Program-made: the position numbers and the translations under genes
Assembly: GCA_041393775.1 (NCBI GenBank)
Contig: JAWKJM010000003.1
Span: 30,811-94,810 of the forward strand
DNA: 64,000 nt
From: Candidatus Nanopelagicales bacterium
GTDB taxonomy: Bacteria > Actinomycetota > Actinomycetes > S36-B12 > UBA10799
Direction of reading: 5' to 3'
Notes under the pieces: generated by a model
What the model was told of the DNA's origin: nothing
Seen by the model: only the letters and a program-made list of their open reading frames with translations
Databases searched by the model: none
In this document: one piece after another, positions 32,940 through 42,268 of the stretch
How the letters are laid out: every line of letters starts with the position of its first letter
How positions within the stretch are numbered: the first letter of the stretch is position 1

Positions 32940-33947
32940 TCAATGCGCAGCCCGGTACGCCGCCCAGATCTGCGGGCGCAGCCGGCCGCGATCCGAGACC
33001 GTCAACCCCTGCTCCTGGGCCCACGCGCGAACCTCTGCCACCGTGGGCTCGGCCGGGGCCAACGGACCCGCGGTCGGGAACTCGACGGCCGCGGCGGCAG
33101 ACTCCTGGGCGAGTTCGGCCAGGCCCGCGGCCAGGAACCGGTAGGTCCACTCCTCAGCCAGAGTCCGGGTCTCCGCGAACACGATCGGCACGCTCGGGCA
33201 GCGCACTTGTGCCTCCGCGAGCGCATCGGCGACCATTGACGGCCGCACGTGCTCGAGAGCGAACACCTTCGAGTACCTGTCCTCGACCACCACCGCAGCG
33301 CGCGGCAACGCCGCCAACTCCGCCATCGCGAAACGCAGTTTCCCGTCGAGCAGACTGCTGGACAGATCGGCAAGCGACTTGCGTTCGACGGCGACCGCGA
33401 CCTGGCCGTCGAGTTCCACCGCGTAGTCCCCGGCAGGCAGGCCCCGGCGCCGCGTTTCGACATGGCCGCGTCCGGACTGCCGGGCGAACGTATAGGGGTA
33501 GCGCTCATGGCTGTCCACCAGCACCACGATGCCGCCCAGCCCCTGCGCCCGTCCCGTCGGCATGGGCACGTTCGGGCGGGCCTTCTTGGTGGTGCGCGGG
33601 GACTGCCAGAAGATCGCCTCCCGACCTCCGCGGATGCGGGTGATGACGAACTGCGAGCGGTTCTCGCGGCCACGATCCAGCACCAGGTCGATGGCGGCTC
33701 CCCGTCGCCGGCAGGAACGGACCGGCACCCGCTCGACAATGTCCGGGGCCACCGGCCACCCCGACGCGCGGTGACAGTAGACCTTGGACGTGCGCGGCCA
33801 CGTGTCGCGCACCTTCAGCACGATCCCGTGCTCCCCGATCGGTATCCGCACAAGATAGGGAAGACTCGAGTCGGGGTCCGGGTTGCGCGCTATGACGAAG
33901 TCGTCGGGCACATCGCGAGTCTGACACAGCCAAGCCCGTGCATTCAT
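32940..33947 (-). CDS. ERCC4/XPF-type nuclease domain fused to an unknown N-terminal domain and a C-terminal Lsr2-like DNA-binding domain, 335 aa
   Basis: The ERCC4 signature is VVLVDSHERYPY ... GDYAVEL ... VAVERKSLADL. The C-terminus, PTVAEVRAWAQEQGLTVSDRGRLRPQIWAAYRAAH, matches the Lsr2 C-terminal RGR DNA-binding motif. Confidence 0.7.
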   Translation of the reverse strand: MNARAWLCQTRDVPDDFVIARNPDPDSSLPYLVRIPIGEHGIVLKVRDTWPRTSKVYCHRASGWPVAPDIVERVPVRSCRRRGAAIDLVLDRGRENRSQFVITRIRGGREAIFWQSPRTTKKARPNVPMPTGRAQGLGGIVVLVDSHERYPYTFARQSGRGHVETRRRGLPAGDYAVELDGQVAVAVERKSLADLSSSLLDGKLRFAMAELAALPRAAVVVEDRYSKVFALEHVRPSMVADALAEAQVRCPSVPIVFAETRTLAEEWTYRFLAAGLAELAQESAAAAVEFPTAGPLAPAEPTVAEVRAWAQEQGLTVSDRGRLRPQIWAAYRAAH

Positions 33948-34009
33948 CCGGCAACGCGTAGGCGCACAATGAAACCAGCGACCGGCGGCCGCGGTTTGGG
34001 GCTTGAACA

Positions 34010-34666
34010 GTGATCAGCAACGTGTTGCGCCGTACGTTGGTGCCGGCAGTCGGTGTCTGCCTGGGACTTGCCATGGTGACCATTCCGGGGACGGCCACAG
34101 TCGCAACCAGGACAGTCCCTGGGAAGACACTAGTTGTCACCGTCGCGGGTCTCGGGTCCCAGACCACGGCCAAGGTGAAGGTCACCGGACCCAAGAAATA
34201 CAAGAAGACACTGCGTGTTCGCGGACGCACCCGACTGACCGAACTGCGCCCCGGCCGCTACACCCTCAAGGCCAAGGCGGTGGGCCAGAAGCGCGCGGTG
34301 GACCGGGTCCAGCGGGTCCGGGTCAAGAATAGCCGCGGCGCGAAGGTGCGCTTCGTGTACAAGGCGCAGGTCAAACCGGACACCACCGCCCCCTTGCCGG
34401 TGTCCAACATCAGGGTGGTTCGGTTGACCGCGCACACCATCGTCCTGTCCTGGGATCTGCCCGAGGACCTGCTCGAGGTGACCGTCGAACGCTCCGGCGG
34501 CACGGACGCCGACCCGCTCGACTTCGTCCTGAACGACGCCGGTGACGGCCTCGTCGACACCGGGCTGACCGCGGGCAAGGAGTACACCTACCGGGTGGCG
34601 ACCATCGACGACGCGGGTAACACCTCGAGTTGGAAGTCGATCACGGTCAGCACGCTGGCCGAGTAG
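34010..34666 (+). CDS. Secreted protein: basic Ig-like module plus fibronectin type III domain, 218 aa
   Basis: An N-terminal signal/anchor is followed by KVKVTGPKKYKKTLRVRGRTRLTELRPGRYTLKAKA. The FN3 pattern is APLPVSNIRVVRLTAHTIVLSW...GKEYTYRVATIDDAGNTS. Confidence 0.7.
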   Translation: MISNVLRRTLVPAVGVCLGLAMVTIPGTATVATRTVPGKTLVVTVAGLGSQTTAKVKVTGPKKYKKTLRVRGRTRLTELRPGRYTLKAKAVGQKRAVDRVQRVRVKNSRGAKVRFVYKAQVKPDTTAPLPVSNIRVVRLTAHTIVLSWDLPEDLLEVTVERSGGTDADPLDFVLNDAGDGLVDTGLTAGKEYTYRVATIDDAGNTSSWKSITVSTLAE

Positions 34667-34736
34667 GTCCCGCCCGGTTGGGCGCCTCACCAAGCGAGTC
34701 GTCCGGGGCCCTGCCTCCCCCGTGGAGGGTGATCGG

Positions 34737-36770
34737 ATGCGTAAACGCAGGCGACGCCCGCGCGAAACTGCGAAACTGGTCGGCGTGACCGACACGAACC
34801 GAGACCTCGATCTGTCCGCACAGTCGGGCATCCTGCTGGGCGCTTTCATGGTGGGCCGCTCGCTGCAGCCCAACCTGCTCTCCCGCGGCACCCGCGACCA
34901 GGCGATCCTGTCCGGGGTCGCGGCCGCCACCGGATACGGATGGGGCACCTCCGGGCACTCGCTGCTGCGAGCAGTCGCACGGCGCGCGGGGTGGCGCAAC
35001 CTCGCCTCCAGCATCGCCATCGACGCGGTGACGTTGGGCGTCGGAGTTGCCGCGACCCGCGCGCTGCCTGCCAGAGAACACGAAAAGCCGCGCCGTGCCC
35101 TGCTGCGACTGGTGGCCACGGCCAAAGCCGCCGACGCCGCCGGTGGCCTGGTGGCGTCCGGGCTCCGGTTCGTGCCGGCCCGGCGCTCCGCGGTCACCTC
35201 GGCAGCCGCCCTCGCGACCGCCGGCGCCGGCTACCTGACGATCCGCAATGCCGTCGTCGGGGCCGCCGATGCGACCGACGGGCGCGCGCATGAGGACGTG
35301 AGCCGCACGGTCTCCGCACCGGCGGCACTGGCGGCCAGCACTGTGACCACGGCCGCTCTGATAGCCGCCGGACACGGCGAGTCCATGCTGAGTTCCGGCC
35401 TGTCGGTGTTGGCCGCCAAAGTCTTCGGCGGGGATCCGGCCGACCACCGGACCGCGGGCCGGCTCGCCTCCTTCGCAGCGGTGGGCGCCGCCGGCTGGGC
35501 CGCAGTGACGATGGTCAACCGCAAGCTGGCGGTCGGCGGAGACTCCCCCGACAACTCCAACATCGCACCCCCCGAACTCCCCGAAGTCACTGGCGGGCCG
35601 GGGTCGTTGATCCCCTGGGAGAAGCAGAGCCGGGAGTCGTCACGGTGGCTGCGCCAGGTGCTGCGGCCCAACCAGATCGCCGAGGTCATGGGCGAGCACG
35701 CGCGCCAGCCGATCCGGGTCTATTCCTCCTTGGACTGCGCGGCCAGCGAGGAGGCGAGGGCGCAACTGCTGCTGTCGGAGATCGACCGGACCGGCGCGCT
35801 GGACCGCAAGGTGTTCGCACTGTTCTCGCCCACCGGGTCCGGGTACGTCAACTATGTCGCCTGCGAGACGCTGGAGTACTTGAGCCGCGGGGACTGCGCC
35901 TCTGCCTGCATCCAGTACTCGGTGCTGCCGTCCGCGTTGTCGCTGAACCGCGTCCACATGGGCACCCGCCAGACGAAGCTGGTCGTGGACGGGATCGTCG
36001 AGCGAATGCTCAAGATGCCGGCCGCCCAGCGGCCGAAGTTCGTCATGTTCGGCGAGAGCCTGGGCTCACAGGTGAGTCAGGAGATGTTCCGCGGCCAAGG
36101 CATCGCCGGGCCCGCCGGGATCGGGCTGGACGCGGCTGTGTGGATCGGCACCCCCAACGCCACCAAATGGCGAGCGGAGTTGTGGGGCGACCGCAGCGTC
36201 ACGCAGCGGCCCGAAGTCGGACCGGGCCGTGCCTACCTGTCGCGGGCGGTCCGGGACTGGCGGGCGCTGAGCACACAGGAGAAGTCGCAGGTGGACTTCC
36301 TGCTGCTGCAGAACGGCGATGACCCGATCCCCAAGTTCGGGCCGCAGGTCGTGTGGCGCCAGCCCGACTGGCTGGGCCCGGACGCCACCCGCCCGCCCGG
36401 CGCCCCGCGCGGTAGCCGCTGGCAGCCGGTGGTCACCTTCTTCGCCACGTTCCTGGACATGCAGAACGCGCTGACCCCTACCCCGGGCGTCTTTGACGAG
36501 GGCGGTCACGACTACCGCCGGGAGACCCCGGAGGCGGTGCGGCAGGTCTTCGGTCTGGACGCCACCGATGAACAGATGGCCCGCGTCGAACGGACGCTGC
36601 AGGCCCGCGAGTTGCACTTCGAGGTCCAGCGGGACTGGGACGCAGCGCAGTCCTCGCCCGAGCAGACGCGCACCGAGGCCGAGAACAAGGTCGAGCAGCG
36701 GGTCTCCGAATGGGTTGGGCACGAGGTGGACGCCGCCGAGGTGGAGAAACTGGCGAACGACGAGGAGTAG
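34737..36770 (+). CDS. Membrane-anchored alpha/beta-hydrolase family protein (Abhydrolase_9-like), 677 aa
   Basis: A GGAGGG RBS precedes ATG 34737. The N-terminal third is hydrophobic. The C-terminal hydrolase core has FALFSPTGSGYVNY, FGESLGS and LLLQNGDDPIPKF. Confidence 0.7.
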   Translation: MRKRRRRPRETAKLVGVTDTNRDLDLSAQSGILLGAFMVGRSLQPNLLSRGTRDQAILSGVAAATGYGWGTSGHSLLRAVARRAGWRNLASSIAIDAVTLGVGVAATRALPAREHEKPRRALLRLVATAKAADAAGGLVASGLRFVPARRSAVTSAAALATAGAGYLTIRNAVVGAADATDGRAHEDVSRTVSAPAALAASTVTTAALIAAGHGESMLSSGLSVLAAKVFGGDPADHRTAGRLASFAAVGAAGWAAVTMVNRKLAVGGDSPDNSNIAPPELPEVTGGPGSLIPWEKQSRESSRWLRQVLRPNQIAEVMGEHARQPIRVYSSLDCAASEEARAQLLLSEIDRTGALDRKVFALFSPTGSGYVNYVACETLEYLSRGDCASACIQYSVLPSALSLNRVHMGTRQTKLVVDGIVERMLKMPAAQRPKFVMFGESLGSQVSQEMFRGQGIAGPAGIGLDAAVWIGTPNATKWRAELWGDRSVTQRPEVGPGRAYLSRAVRDWRALSTQEKSQVDFLLLQNGDDPIPKFGPQVVWRQPDWLGPDATRPPGAPRGSRWQPVVTFFATFLDMQNALTPTPGVFDEGGHDYRRETPEAVRQVFGLDATDEQMARVERTLQARELHFEVQRDWDAAQSSPEQTRTEAENKVEQRVSEWVGHEVDAAEVEKLANDEE

Positions 36771-36781
36771 GGGTCGCCTTT

Positions 36782-36893
36782 GTGACGAAGGTGCGGCCAC
36801 CCCCACGCCGCTGCAACGAAGGTGCGCACGACACGCCGATGGCACCCCGCAACTTCGTCACAGACTGCCGCCGGGACCCCGCACTTTCGTCAC
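36782..36893. repeat. Four-box inverted-repeat array (GTGACGAAGGTGCGG motif, two direct plus two inverted) in a convergent intergenic gap
   Basis: The boxes are at 36782-36796 (GTGACGAAGGTGCGG), 36813-36827 (GCAACGAAGGTGCGC), 36847-36861 (reverse complement GTGACGAAGTTGCGG) and 36879-36893 (reverse complement GTGACGAAAGTGCGG). Confidence 0.7.
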
Positions 36894-36894
36894 G

Positions 36895-37848
36895 TCAGGC
36901 GGCCGCCACTGCCGGTTCCCTGGACAACGTGTGGCGCCGCCAGATCCTGGCCACCGTCAGCGCAGCGATGATGTCCCAGATCCCCCACCATGCCGCGACC
37001 AGGGCCATGCCGCCGAGGCCGTCGAAGTTGCTGAACACGATCAGCAGCCCCAGGCCGGCGTTTCGCACCCCGACCTCGAAGGTCATCGCCTTGCGCTGCG
37101 GAACCGCCAGTTTGAAGGTCCGGGCGATGCTGTAGCCGAGGCCCAGCGCCAGTCCGTCGTGGATGGCCACCGCGATCGCGACCACGCCGATCCAGTCCAG
37201 GAACAGGGCCCAGTTGCCCAGCAGCGAGATCAGGATCAGGCCCCCGAGCGCGGCGAATGCGATCGGGCCCACGATCTTCGACCCCCGGGCCGCGAACTTC
37301 GGGTAGAAGTGCGCGACCGTGATCCCGACAGCGAACGGTACCCCGATCACCAGCAACACCTCGCTGAGCATGTCCCACGCGCTCAGGTCGATCGCCCGGA
37401 TGATCTCCGAACCGGTGGGGTGCAGCCCGCCCCACAGCGCGAAGTTCAGCGGCATCAGGAAGATCGCGAGCAGGTTGCCGACGGCGGTCATCGACACCGA
37501 CAGCGCGACGTCACCGCCGGACAGGTGGGTGACGATGTTGGACACGTTGCCGGGCGGGCAGCATGCCACGAGGATCATGCCCAGCGCCACCGAACCCCGC
37601 ACCCCGAGGATCAGCGTCAGGCAGAAGGTGATGAACGGCAGCAGGATGAACTGGGCGGCGATGGCGATGGAGATGGCCAGGGGCCGTCGGATCGCCTGCC
37701 GGAAGTCGTCCACCGTCGTGCCCAGCGCGATGCCGAACATGATGCATGCGATGACCACCCGCAGGATCACCATGGAGTTCTCGTTGAATGAGATCTTGAT
37801 CTCGTCGACGTCGCCCGCCGCCGCCATCACATCCATGAACTGATTCAT
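36895..37848 (-). CDS. Bile acid:sodium symporter (BASS/SBF) family transporter, 317 aa
   Basis: It is polytopic, with the motifs GMILVACCPPGNVSNIVTHLSGGDVALSVSMT and GVRNAGLGL. The start overlaps the upstream SDR stop (37845-37848). Confidence 0.8.
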   Translation of the reverse strand: MNQFMDVMAAAGDVDEIKISFNENSMVILRVVIACIMFGIALGTTVDDFRQAIRRPLAISIAIAAQFILLPFITFCLTLILGVRGSVALGMILVACCPPGNVSNIVTHLSGGDVALSVSMTAVGNLLAIFLMPLNFALWGGLHPTGSEIIRAIDLSAWDMLSEVLLVIGVPFAVGITVAHFYPKFAARGSKIVGPIAFAALGGLILISLLGNWALFLDWIGVVAIAVAIHDGLALGLGYSIARTFKLAVPQRKAMTFEVGVRNAGLGLLIVFSNFDGLGGMALVAAWWGIWDIIAALTVARIWRRHTLSREPAVAAA

Positions 37849-38585
37849 GCTGCGCCTCCCTCATCCTTGTGCATCCGCCGGATCATGAGCCTCATGTACA
37901 GCGAGGGTGCCAGGCGACTGACCGTCCACGCGAGTTTGGCGGTCCGGCCGACCAGCACGAGATCGCGGCCGTGTTCGACCCCGTCGAGCAGTGCCGCCGC
38001 GACGTCCTCCGAGGTGATCTCCTCACCCGTGGTCTTGCGCTGAGCACCCGGCGCCCTGCCCGCCTCGGTCATGCCGCCGGCGACGAAGGTCGGATGCACG
38101 ATGGTGACGCTGACCCCCTGCGCTTCGAGTTCGGGCCGGATCGCGGTGAACAACGCCGTCACCGCGTGCTTGGCTGCGACGTACGGCGGACGGCCGAGGA
38201 CCGGCGCGAAACCGGTGACCGAACCGATCAGGACCACCCGCCCGCCCGCGCGTCTCAACGCCGGCAACGCGGCCTGCGTGATACTCACCGCACCGAAGTG
38301 CGTGACGTCCATGACCTTGCGGTGGACCGTGATGTCGTGGTCGGTGAACGCACCGATCGCGGACAGCCCGGCGCTGTGGATCAACAGGTCGATCCGGTCG
38401 ATCTGCGAGAACAGCTCCGCCACCGCGGCGTCGTCGGTGATGTCGAGGGGCCGGTACCGCGGGTCGTCGGGCGGGCAGGCTCTCGGCAGGTCGAGGCCGA
38501 TCACGTTGTAGCCGTCGAGCCGGTCGACCAGGACCCGGCCGATGCCGCCGCCGGCGCCGGTGACGACGGCGACACGCTCAGCCAC
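37845..38585 (-). CDS. Short-chain dehydrogenase/reductase (SDR), ~246 aa
   Basis: I chose the GTG start at 38585, which overlaps the upstream stop, giving MAERVAVVTGAGGGIG (Rossmann TGxxxGIG) and YVAAKHAV (YxxxK). The ORF-track 5-prime extension is not supported. Confidence 0.8.
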   Translation of the reverse strand: MAERVAVVTGAGGGIGRVLVDRLDGYNVIGLDLPRACPPDDPRYRPLDITDDAAVAELFSQIDRIDLLIHSAGLSAIGAFTDHDITVHRKVMDVTHFGAVSITQAALPALRRAGGRVVLIGSVTGFAPVLGRPPYVAAKHAVTALFTAIRPELEAQGVSVTIVHPTFVAGGMTEAGRAPGAQRKTTGEEITSEDVAAALLDGVEHGRDLVLVGRTAKLAWTVSRLAPSLYMRLMIRRMHKDEGGAA

Positions 38586-39519
38586 GACGGCCTGTCCGGA
38601 AGACCTCGTAGACCTCGCGAGTCGTCTTCGTCGGCAACCCCGGGAAGTCCCGGTGCAGCCGCGTGTTGTCCAGCACCGGCCGGTGCAGCAGGAAGTCGAC
38701 CTGCTCCGGGCCGTACCGCCCGACGCCCACCCGGTGCATGACCGCCAAAGCCGTGCGCACCACCTCCGAGGGGACCGCGACAACTCTGGTGCCCTCGGCC
38801 GCGGCGATGTCGCGCATGGTCATCACGCCGTCTCCGGCCACGTTGTAGATCCCGGTGCGCCGGCGCATCACCCCGCTCACCACGATCTCGGCGACGTCCT
38901 GGTCCCAGATGAAGTTGAACGGCCCGTCGGACTCCCGGAACGTCATGATCACCCGGCCGGTGAACAACGCCGTGATCTGGTTGTCGGTGCCCGCGCCCAG
39001 GATCGTGCCCGGCCGCAGGACGAGCTGCCCGAGTTCCGGGTGCAGCCGCCGCGCCCGTGCGAGCAGCTTCTCGACGGCGGCCTTGTGCCGGGAGTAGGCG
39101 AACTCGTCGCTGCCCGACACCGGCGCGTCCTCGGTGAGCCAGCGGCCGTCGTTGCGCGCGTAGTAGCCGTACGCGGCACCCGAGGAGGTGACCGTCAGGT
39201 GCTTCACGCCGGCTTCCACGCACGCATCCACCACGCGCTGGGTGCCGCCGACCTCGATGTCCTCGAGCTCCTTCTCGGTCATCCCGCGCGGCGGTTCCAC
39301 GATGGCCGCCAAGTGCACGACCGCGGCGACCTCGTGGTCGTGCAGCAGTTGCGTGAGGTCGACGTCCCGCAGGTCGCCGATGACGTACTCGACGTCCCGG
39401 ACCGGCTGCCGCGGTGCGCGCACATCCAGCGCGACGACCGGCACGCCGCGGTCCGCCAGGCGGGCGACGACCAGCGAGCCCAGGTACCCGGTTCCGCCGG
39501 TGACGAGGACCGTGTCCAC
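38578..39519 (-). CDS. NAD-dependent epimerase/dehydratase family protein, 313 aa
   Basis: Motifs are MDTVLVTGGTGYLGSLVVARL and YSRHKAAVE (YxxxK). Confidence 0.8.
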   Translation of the reverse strand: MDTVLVTGGTGYLGSLVVARLADRGVPVVALDVRAPRQPVRDVEYVIGDLRDVDLTQLLHDHEVAAVVHLAAIVEPPRGMTEKELEDIEVGGTQRVVDACVEAGVKHLTVTSSGAAYGYYARNDGRWLTEDAPVSGSDEFAYSRHKAAVEKLLARARRLHPELGQLVLRPGTILGAGTDNQITALFTGRVIMTFRESDGPFNFIWDQDVAEIVVSGVMRRRTGIYNVAGDGVMTMRDIAAAEGTRVVAVPSEVVRTALAVMHRVGVGRYGPEQVDFLLHRPVLDNTRLHRDFPGLPTKTTREVYEVFRTGRRG

Positions 39520-39525
39520 GGCGCG

Positions 39526-41298
39526 TCAGCCCTTGGGCTCTTGGTGCATCTTCTTGAACGACTGCAACGCGGGCGCCCAGAGGTGCTCGACGTTGTTCAC
39601 ATCGACCTGCACGACCGCCGGGCCACCGCAGTCACGGGCCTTCTCGAGCGCCCCGCGCAGATCGGCGCTGTCGGTGACGTGCTCTCCGTGGGCGCCGAAC
39701 GCCTCGGCCATCAGGTCGTAGCGGCACGGTGCGAAGTCGGCGTAGACCACCTGGTCGTCGGGCAGCGACTTGTTGGTCAGCATCTTGCGGGCCACGGTGG
39801 CGACCGGATGCGCCGCGATCTGCTGGCTCATCTTGACCATGCCCCACTGGCCGTCGACGAGCACGACGAACACGATCGGCAGGTTGAGCCGGACAGCGCT
39901 CTCGACCTCGCTGGAGTGCATCCCGAACGCACCGTCGCCGGTGAGCAGGCAGACCCGTCGATCCGGTGCGGCGACCGCCGCGCCGAGCGCCTGCCCCATA
40001 CCCGCGCCGAGCATGCCGAACTTGAACGTCGACAGCGTCGACCGGGTGATGTTCGCGTCGTGGTAGAAGTTCGACCACACTGCGGTGTTGCCGCCGTCGA
40101 AGACCCACAGCGTGTCCTCGGGCATCACGGCTTGCGCGACCGACGGGACGTGAGCCGGGTGGACCGGTGAGCCGTGCGAGGCCAGCGGCTTGTCCAGCTT
40201 CTCGCGCTCCTTGGTCCACTCGTCGCGCCAGCCCTTGAGCTTCTCGGTGCGGGCCGACTGGTTCTTCGGCGCGCCGAGTTCGGCCACCGTGTCCGCCAGC
40301 GCGCGCAGGGCTTCCTTCGCGTCGGCGAGGATGGCGACCTCGACCGGCTTGTTCACCCCGAGCCGGTCCTCGTCGTTGTCGATCTGGATGGTGCGCTGTC
40401 TGCCTGGCTGCGCCCAGTTCGGGGCCTTGCCCCACCAGTCCGTCTCACCGACCCGCGAGCCCACGATCAGCGCGACGTCCGCTGCGTTGCGGACCTCGTC
40501 GCACACGGCCAGCGCGGTCATCGGGATCGACTCCAACTGGCCCTCGGGAATCGCGCCACGGCCCGCCCACGAGGTCGTCACCGGCGCGGCCAGCAGTTGC
40601 GCGAGCCTCGCCAGTTCTTCCTCGGCACCGGCGTGGTAAACCCCCGACCCGGCGTGGATCACGGGCTGCTCGGCGTCGAGCAGCATCCGGGCGGCACGCT
40701 CGACCAGCACCGGGTCGGCCTGGATCGGCGTGGTCCGCCGGTAGCTCTCCGGCGCGCGGATCGCGGACTCCTCCAGGCCGGTCGGCTGGTTGATGATGTT
40801 CTCCGGGATGTCGAGGTGCACCACCCCGGGGCGTCCGGTGAAACTCACCCGCAACGCCCGCCGCAGCAGTTCCGGGATGCGGTCGGCCGAGGGCACGTGC
40901 CCGGCCCATTTGGTCATCGGCGCGGTCACGTCGACCTGGTCGAAGTACTGGTACGTGCCACCTCGGTCGGGGTAGGCGATGCCCACCCGGCGCGACGAGG
41001 TGATGAGCAGGATGCGGTTGCCCTCGCCTTGTTCCACAGCGACGCCGGGGAGCACGTTTGCCACACCCGGGCCGTTGGAGGCCATCGCCACCCCGAGCCT
41101 TCCCGTGACTCGTGCATAGGCGCCAGCCATGTGCATCGCGGCCGCCTCGTGGCGGGGCGAGTGGAGTTCGATCCCGCTGTCGGCCAGCGCCCGATAGAGC
41201 CCGAAGTACGTCCCGTCGATGATCCCGAACATGTCCTCGACGCCCTCCGCGGCGAGCATCTTCGCGACTACCTGACCACCGGTCAGTCCCTTTGCCAT
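39526..41298 (-). CDS. Thiamine-pyrophosphate-dependent enzyme (acetolactate-synthase-like family), 590 aa
   Basis: ATG 41298 is preceded by an AAGGAG RBS, giving MAKGLTGGQVVAKMLAAEGVEDMFGI.... The TPP-binding block is GDGAFGMHSSEVESAVRLNLPIV. The ORF-track start at 41502 is an extension. Confidence 0.8.
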   Translation of the reverse strand: MAKGLTGGQVVAKMLAAEGVEDMFGIIDGTYFGLYRALADSGIELHSPRHEAAAMHMAGAYARVTGRLGVAMASNGPGVANVLPGVAVEQGEGNRILLITSSRRVGIAYPDRGGTYQYFDQVDVTAPMTKWAGHVPSADRIPELLRRALRVSFTGRPGVVHLDIPENIINQPTGLEESAIRAPESYRRTTPIQADPVLVERAARMLLDAEQPVIHAGSGVYHAGAEEELARLAQLLAAPVTTSWAGRGAIPEGQLESIPMTALAVCDEVRNAADVALIVGSRVGETDWWGKAPNWAQPGRQRTIQIDNDEDRLGVNKPVEVAILADAKEALRALADTVAELGAPKNQSARTEKLKGWRDEWTKEREKLDKPLASHGSPVHPAHVPSVAQAVMPEDTLWVFDGGNTAVWSNFYHDANITRSTLSTFKFGMLGAGMGQALGAAVAAPDRRVCLLTGDGAFGMHSSEVESAVRLNLPIVFVVLVDGQWGMVKMSQQIAAHPVATVARKMLTNKSLPDDQVVYADFAPCRYDLMAEAFGAHGEHVTDSADLRGALEKARDCGGPAVVQVDVNNVEHLWAPALQSFKKMHQEPKG

Positions 41299-41662
41299 CA
41301 CGACCTCCTTGTACGCGGTTCCACTTCCGACCCTAGGCGGGTGCTCGTGGGGATGTCCGGTGAACGGGGACGGACCATCCGTTCGGCGGGGTGGCGCCGT
41401 CTCGAGTGTCATGGAGTTGACGAGGCCGGGGTGTCCGGGAATCCCGCGGCAATGTGCTCTCCCCGGTTGGCCAGCACCAGGCGGTGAACCGTAGATTCGC
41501 AAGCGTGGCTCATCTTCTCCTCGGACGCGGCGACGGTGTCAAGGTGCCGACCGACGACCTCGTGATGCACGAGGTGTCCGCCCGGCACGACGAGGGGCAG
41601 GCGAAGGCGGGCCTGCAAGGCCGGGTCACGGACCTGCGTCTGGTTCGGATTCCGGTGGGCTG

Positions 41663-42211
41663 ATGGGCGAGCGCGAGCCCGGTTTCTCGGGCATCGAAGG
41701 AGTGGTCCGGCCGATCGTGCAGGTGGGTGACCCGGTGTTGTCCACGCGCTGCGAGGAGGTGACCGTCTTCGGCGACGACCTGCGCCATCTGCTGGCCGAC
41801 ATGTTCGCCAGCATGTACGCCGCCGACGGGGTGGGCCTGGCCGCGAACCAGATCGGCGTGGGCGTGCGGGTGTTCGTCTACGACTGTCCCGACGCCGACC
41901 AGAAGTACCACCGCGGCGTCATGATCAACCCCACCCTCGTCATGCCGGCCGAGCGCCGCCTGGACTCCGACGACGAGGGGTGCCTGTCGGTGCGCGGGCA
42001 GTTCGCGCCCCTGGCCCGCCCGGATTTTGCCGCCGTCACCGGCTTCGACCAGGACGGGCAGCCGATCGAGGTCAGCGGTGACGGGCTGCTGGCACGGTGC
42101 CTGCAGCACGAGTACGACCACCTCGAGGGGATGTTGTACATCGACCGGTTGCCGGCACGCGCGCGCAAGAAGGTGCTCAAGGCCTACGCCGAGGAGCACC
42201 AGGCGCTTTAG
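41663..42211 (+). CDS. def: Peptide deformylase
   Basis: The three Def motifs [18 protein letters not shown] and QHEYDHLEG are all present. The exact start is uncertain; an internal GTG near VVRPIV is possible. Confidence 0.9.
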   Translation: MGEREPGFSGIEGVVRPIVQVGDPVLSTRCEEVTVFGDDLRHLLADMFASMYAADGVGLAANQIGVGVRVFVYDCPDADQKYHRGVMINPTLVMPAERRLDSDDEGCLSVRGQFAPLARPDFAAVTGFDQDGQPIEVSGDGLLARCLQHEYDHLEGMLYIDRLPARARKKVLKAYAEEHQAL

Positions 42212-42212
42212 C

Positions 42213-42263
42213 GGGACTTTGGGCAGAACGCGTCACTGACTGACCGGATACGCCCAAAGTCCC
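42213..42263. repeat. Palindromic intergenic repeat, family P copy 2; probable bidirectional terminator between def and the oxidoreductase gene
   Basis: GGGACTTTGGGC (42213-42224) pairs with GCCCAAAGTCCC (42252-42263). The inner sequence is GTCACTGACTGAC. It fills the gap between convergent stops. Confidence 0.75.
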
Positions 42264-42268
42264 CGGCG

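Noticed and set aside
41409-41513. 34-aa ORF ([34 protein letters not shown]) with a GAGGAG RBS upstream of the TPP-enzyme gene; possible leader peptide
   Set aside because: About a third of its codons end in A or T, unlike genuine genes here, and I see no attenuator-like structure or conservation evidence. It stays unannotated and could be revisited with Ribo-seq.
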